DNA of 25,301 nucleotides from Candidatus Heimdallarchaeota archaeon (GTDB lineage: Archaea; Asgardarchaeota; Heimdallarchaeia; Heimdallarchaeales; Kariarchaeaceae). Shown here in pieces: positions 23,660-25,301 of this stretch. The stretch covers positions 1-25,301 of the forward strand of contig WAKA01000097.1 of assembly GCA_015523565.1 (NCBI GenBank), written 5' to 3'. The notes beneath the pieces were generated by a model. That model saw nothing but the letters and a program-made list of their open reading frames with translations. It did no database searches and was not told the DNA's origin. The translations under genes were made by a program, and so were the position numbers. Position 1 is the stretch's first letter. Each line of letters opens with the position of its first letter.

Positions 23660-24658
23660 ATGGACGTTAGGCAAATACTGCTAAACAATGGCGTACTGGT
23701 CATTGATCCAATGGAATTGAATACACCCCCAGATGAATTTTTGGCAAGTTATGGGGCATATTTAGAGAAAATTTGTCTTGTTGCAAAATCAGAGGCAGGC
23801 ACATCATATTACCCAAGTTATAATGCGCCAAAAGACCAAAATTTTGGGGATTATTTTTCTTCTTTCGCTCAAATTGCCACAGACATTGGCATCAAAACCT
23901 ATGCATTAATTCACGGGAATTTGGACTATTATCTTTCAAGAGACCCAAACTTCAGGATGTATCTAAGTGGAGGGTTTCCTGTTGAAGGTTATGTTTGTCC
24001 AAACCAGAACAGGTATTGGTTTTATCTGTCCGAATTAGCAAAAGAAATTGCACAGTTTCCGATTGAAGGAATACTTCTAAAAAATGTCCATTATCCGAGA
24101 GAAACCACTTGTTTTTGTGATACATGCCGAAGAGGCTTTTCCAATTCAGTCAATATTGACAGGGATTTTTCAATTGAACAACTGAAAAGAAGTGAAAGAC
24201 TGTGGAATAGATGGATAGAATTTAGGAGTAATGCAATAGCTCAGATGATTACAACAATCCAGAACAATGTACATCAAATAAGGAAAATAAATGTCATCCC
24301 AGAAATTTTATTTGACCCTCAAACCAAGTATCTGGAAGGGGCAAATATCCATTTCGGGCAGAACCTTGAAAAGCTAAGGCAGATTTCACCGCATTTAATG
24401 ATACATCTAATGCCTTGGACAGACATGTTACCAAGTACAGAAGAGGAAATCAACATGTTTACGGAAAACCTGGAACCATTTCAGGAAATAATGAACACAA
24501 ACCGAACCTCAATCTATATTTGGAATGTCACAGAAGAAATTGACCAATTGGCACGGAAAATAAAGGAGACATTGCGTTCTGAAAATATATTCTATGAATT
24601 ACGGGCACCAAAAACACTATTAAGCAGAAGATCCCTTCATCTTGGATTAGGGGTTTGA
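23660..24658 (+). CDS. Glycoside-hydrolase-like TIM-barrel protein (GHL10/DUF187-like) with CxCxxC zinc motif
   Basis: AKSEAGTSYYPS, GIKTYA, YVCPN, IEGILLKNVHYP, CFCDTC, W..WIEFR, GQN pattern. Confidence 0.6.
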   Translation: MDVRQILLNNGVLVIDPMELNTPPDEFLASYGAYLEKICLVAKSEAGTSYYPSYNAPKDQNFGDYFSSFAQIATDIGIKTYALIHGNLDYYLSRDPNFRMYLSGGFPVEGYVCPNQNRYWFYLSELAKEIAQFPIEGILLKNVHYPRETTCFCDTCRRGFSNSVNIDRDFSIEQLKRSERLWNRWIEFRSNAIAQMITTIQNNVHQIRKINVIPEILFDPQTKYLEGANIHFGQNLEKLRQISPHLMIHLMPWTDMLPSTEEEINMFTENLEPFQEIMNTNRTSIYIWNVTEEIDQLARKIKETLRSENIFYELRAPKTLLSRRSLHLGLGV

Positions 24659-24696
24659 CATTTGTTTCAATTAAAGTTGAAAATTTTAAAAGAAAT

Positions 24697-25301
24697 ATGC
24701 CTCTTAAACCATATATGACCTCAATTTCCCGCACTGAATTGCTGTATAAAACGATGGTTTTTTTGCTTGCTTTGATTACACAAATAGACCTTCAGATAGA
24801 TGAATTTAAGCAAAATCCAGGAATAGGGGCATTAGCAAGATACAGATATCTTACCAATCAGTCCAATATTTTTGTCATTATTCTTTTTGGTTTGTTTATT
24901 CTATGGAGGAATGATGAGAGTAAATTAAAGAGACTTGAAGGGAAAATTTGGGGAGCCGTAGTTTCATACATAACATTGGTCATGATTGCATATCATTTGC
25001 TATTAAGCAAAGATGATCTAGGATTTTGGACATGGACAAATTTATCACTTCATTACATTGTTCCAACAATGTGCATTATAGATTGGGTTATTTGGGAAAG
25101 AAGTACATATCAATGGGGATTTTTGAAGGACTGGATCATTTACCCCATTTTTTACGCTATTTTTGCGATTACATTGGGTGTAACTAGATTGGATAAAGAC
25201 TTCATATATAATTTTCTAGATGCGTATGAATATGGGTGGAGTTCTACCATTGCCTATATAATCACGATATTCACAGGATATCTATTACTTGCGTCAGGAT
25301 A
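24697..25301 (+). CDS. Pr6Pr / FAR-17a-AIG1-like integral membrane protein (partial, runs off the window end)
   Basis: Not in the ORF track because there is no stop in the window. Translated from ATG 24697/24715: ...YRYLTNQSN...YHLLL...LHYIVP...DW...YPIFY...YNFLD, with multiple TM helices. Confidence 0.8.
   Translation, partial: MPLKPYMTSISRTELLYKTMVFLLALITQIDLQIDEFKQNPGIGALARYRYLTNQSNIFVIILFGLFILWRNDESKLKRLEGKIWGAVVSYITLVMIAYHLLLSKDDLGFWTWTNLSLHYIVPTMCIIDWVIWERSTYQWGFLKDWIIYPIFYAIFAITLGVTRLDKDFIYNFLDAYEYGWSSTIAYIITIFTGYLLLASG

Noticed and set aside
1393-24734. Numerous short alternative-frame and antisense ORFs in the track (e.g. 5307-5681, 9833-10351, 12009-12416, 14724-15080, 22895-23218)
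   Set aside because: They lie within confidently assigned genes and show no motifs, so they are treated as shadow ORFs.
1-25301. tRNA or rRNA genes
   Set aside because: The intergenic gaps are short and AT-rich, and I recognised no cloverleaf or rRNA-like GC-rich segment.

Overview
AT-rich archaeal chromosomal segment, most consistent with an Asgard archaeon (Heimdallarchaeia-like). The evidence is a eukaryote-type ubiquitin with a Uba3-like E1, a eukaryote-like aRF1, a Yip1-domain protein, and kynurenine-pathway genes (kynU and an ACMSD homolog). The core genes are an OB-fold protein, PCNA, GINS51, rpS27e, aRF1, a SAMHD1-like HD hydrolase, Trm56, PyrH, aMBF1 and RadA. The most unusual part is a minus-strand cluster at about 1460-7107. 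It encodes a small orphan, a membrane-anchored PD-(D/E)xK-type nuclease, a second full-length RadA paralog with intact ATPase motifs, and a 1001-aa protein. By eye, the 1001-aa protein looks like a TFB/TFIIB-like cyclin core fused to one or two catalytically dead RadA/RecA folds, one carrying a coiled-coil insertion. This is a candidate recombinase-coupled transcription (SOS-like) or recombination-mediator module. Other oddities are an ACMSD homolog missing key catalytic residues, a RadA with a duplicated N-terminal HhH domain, a PCNA retaining a K164-equivalent lysine, and a ubiquitin propeptide overlapping the E1 start. All assignments come from reading motifs by eye; no searches were run.
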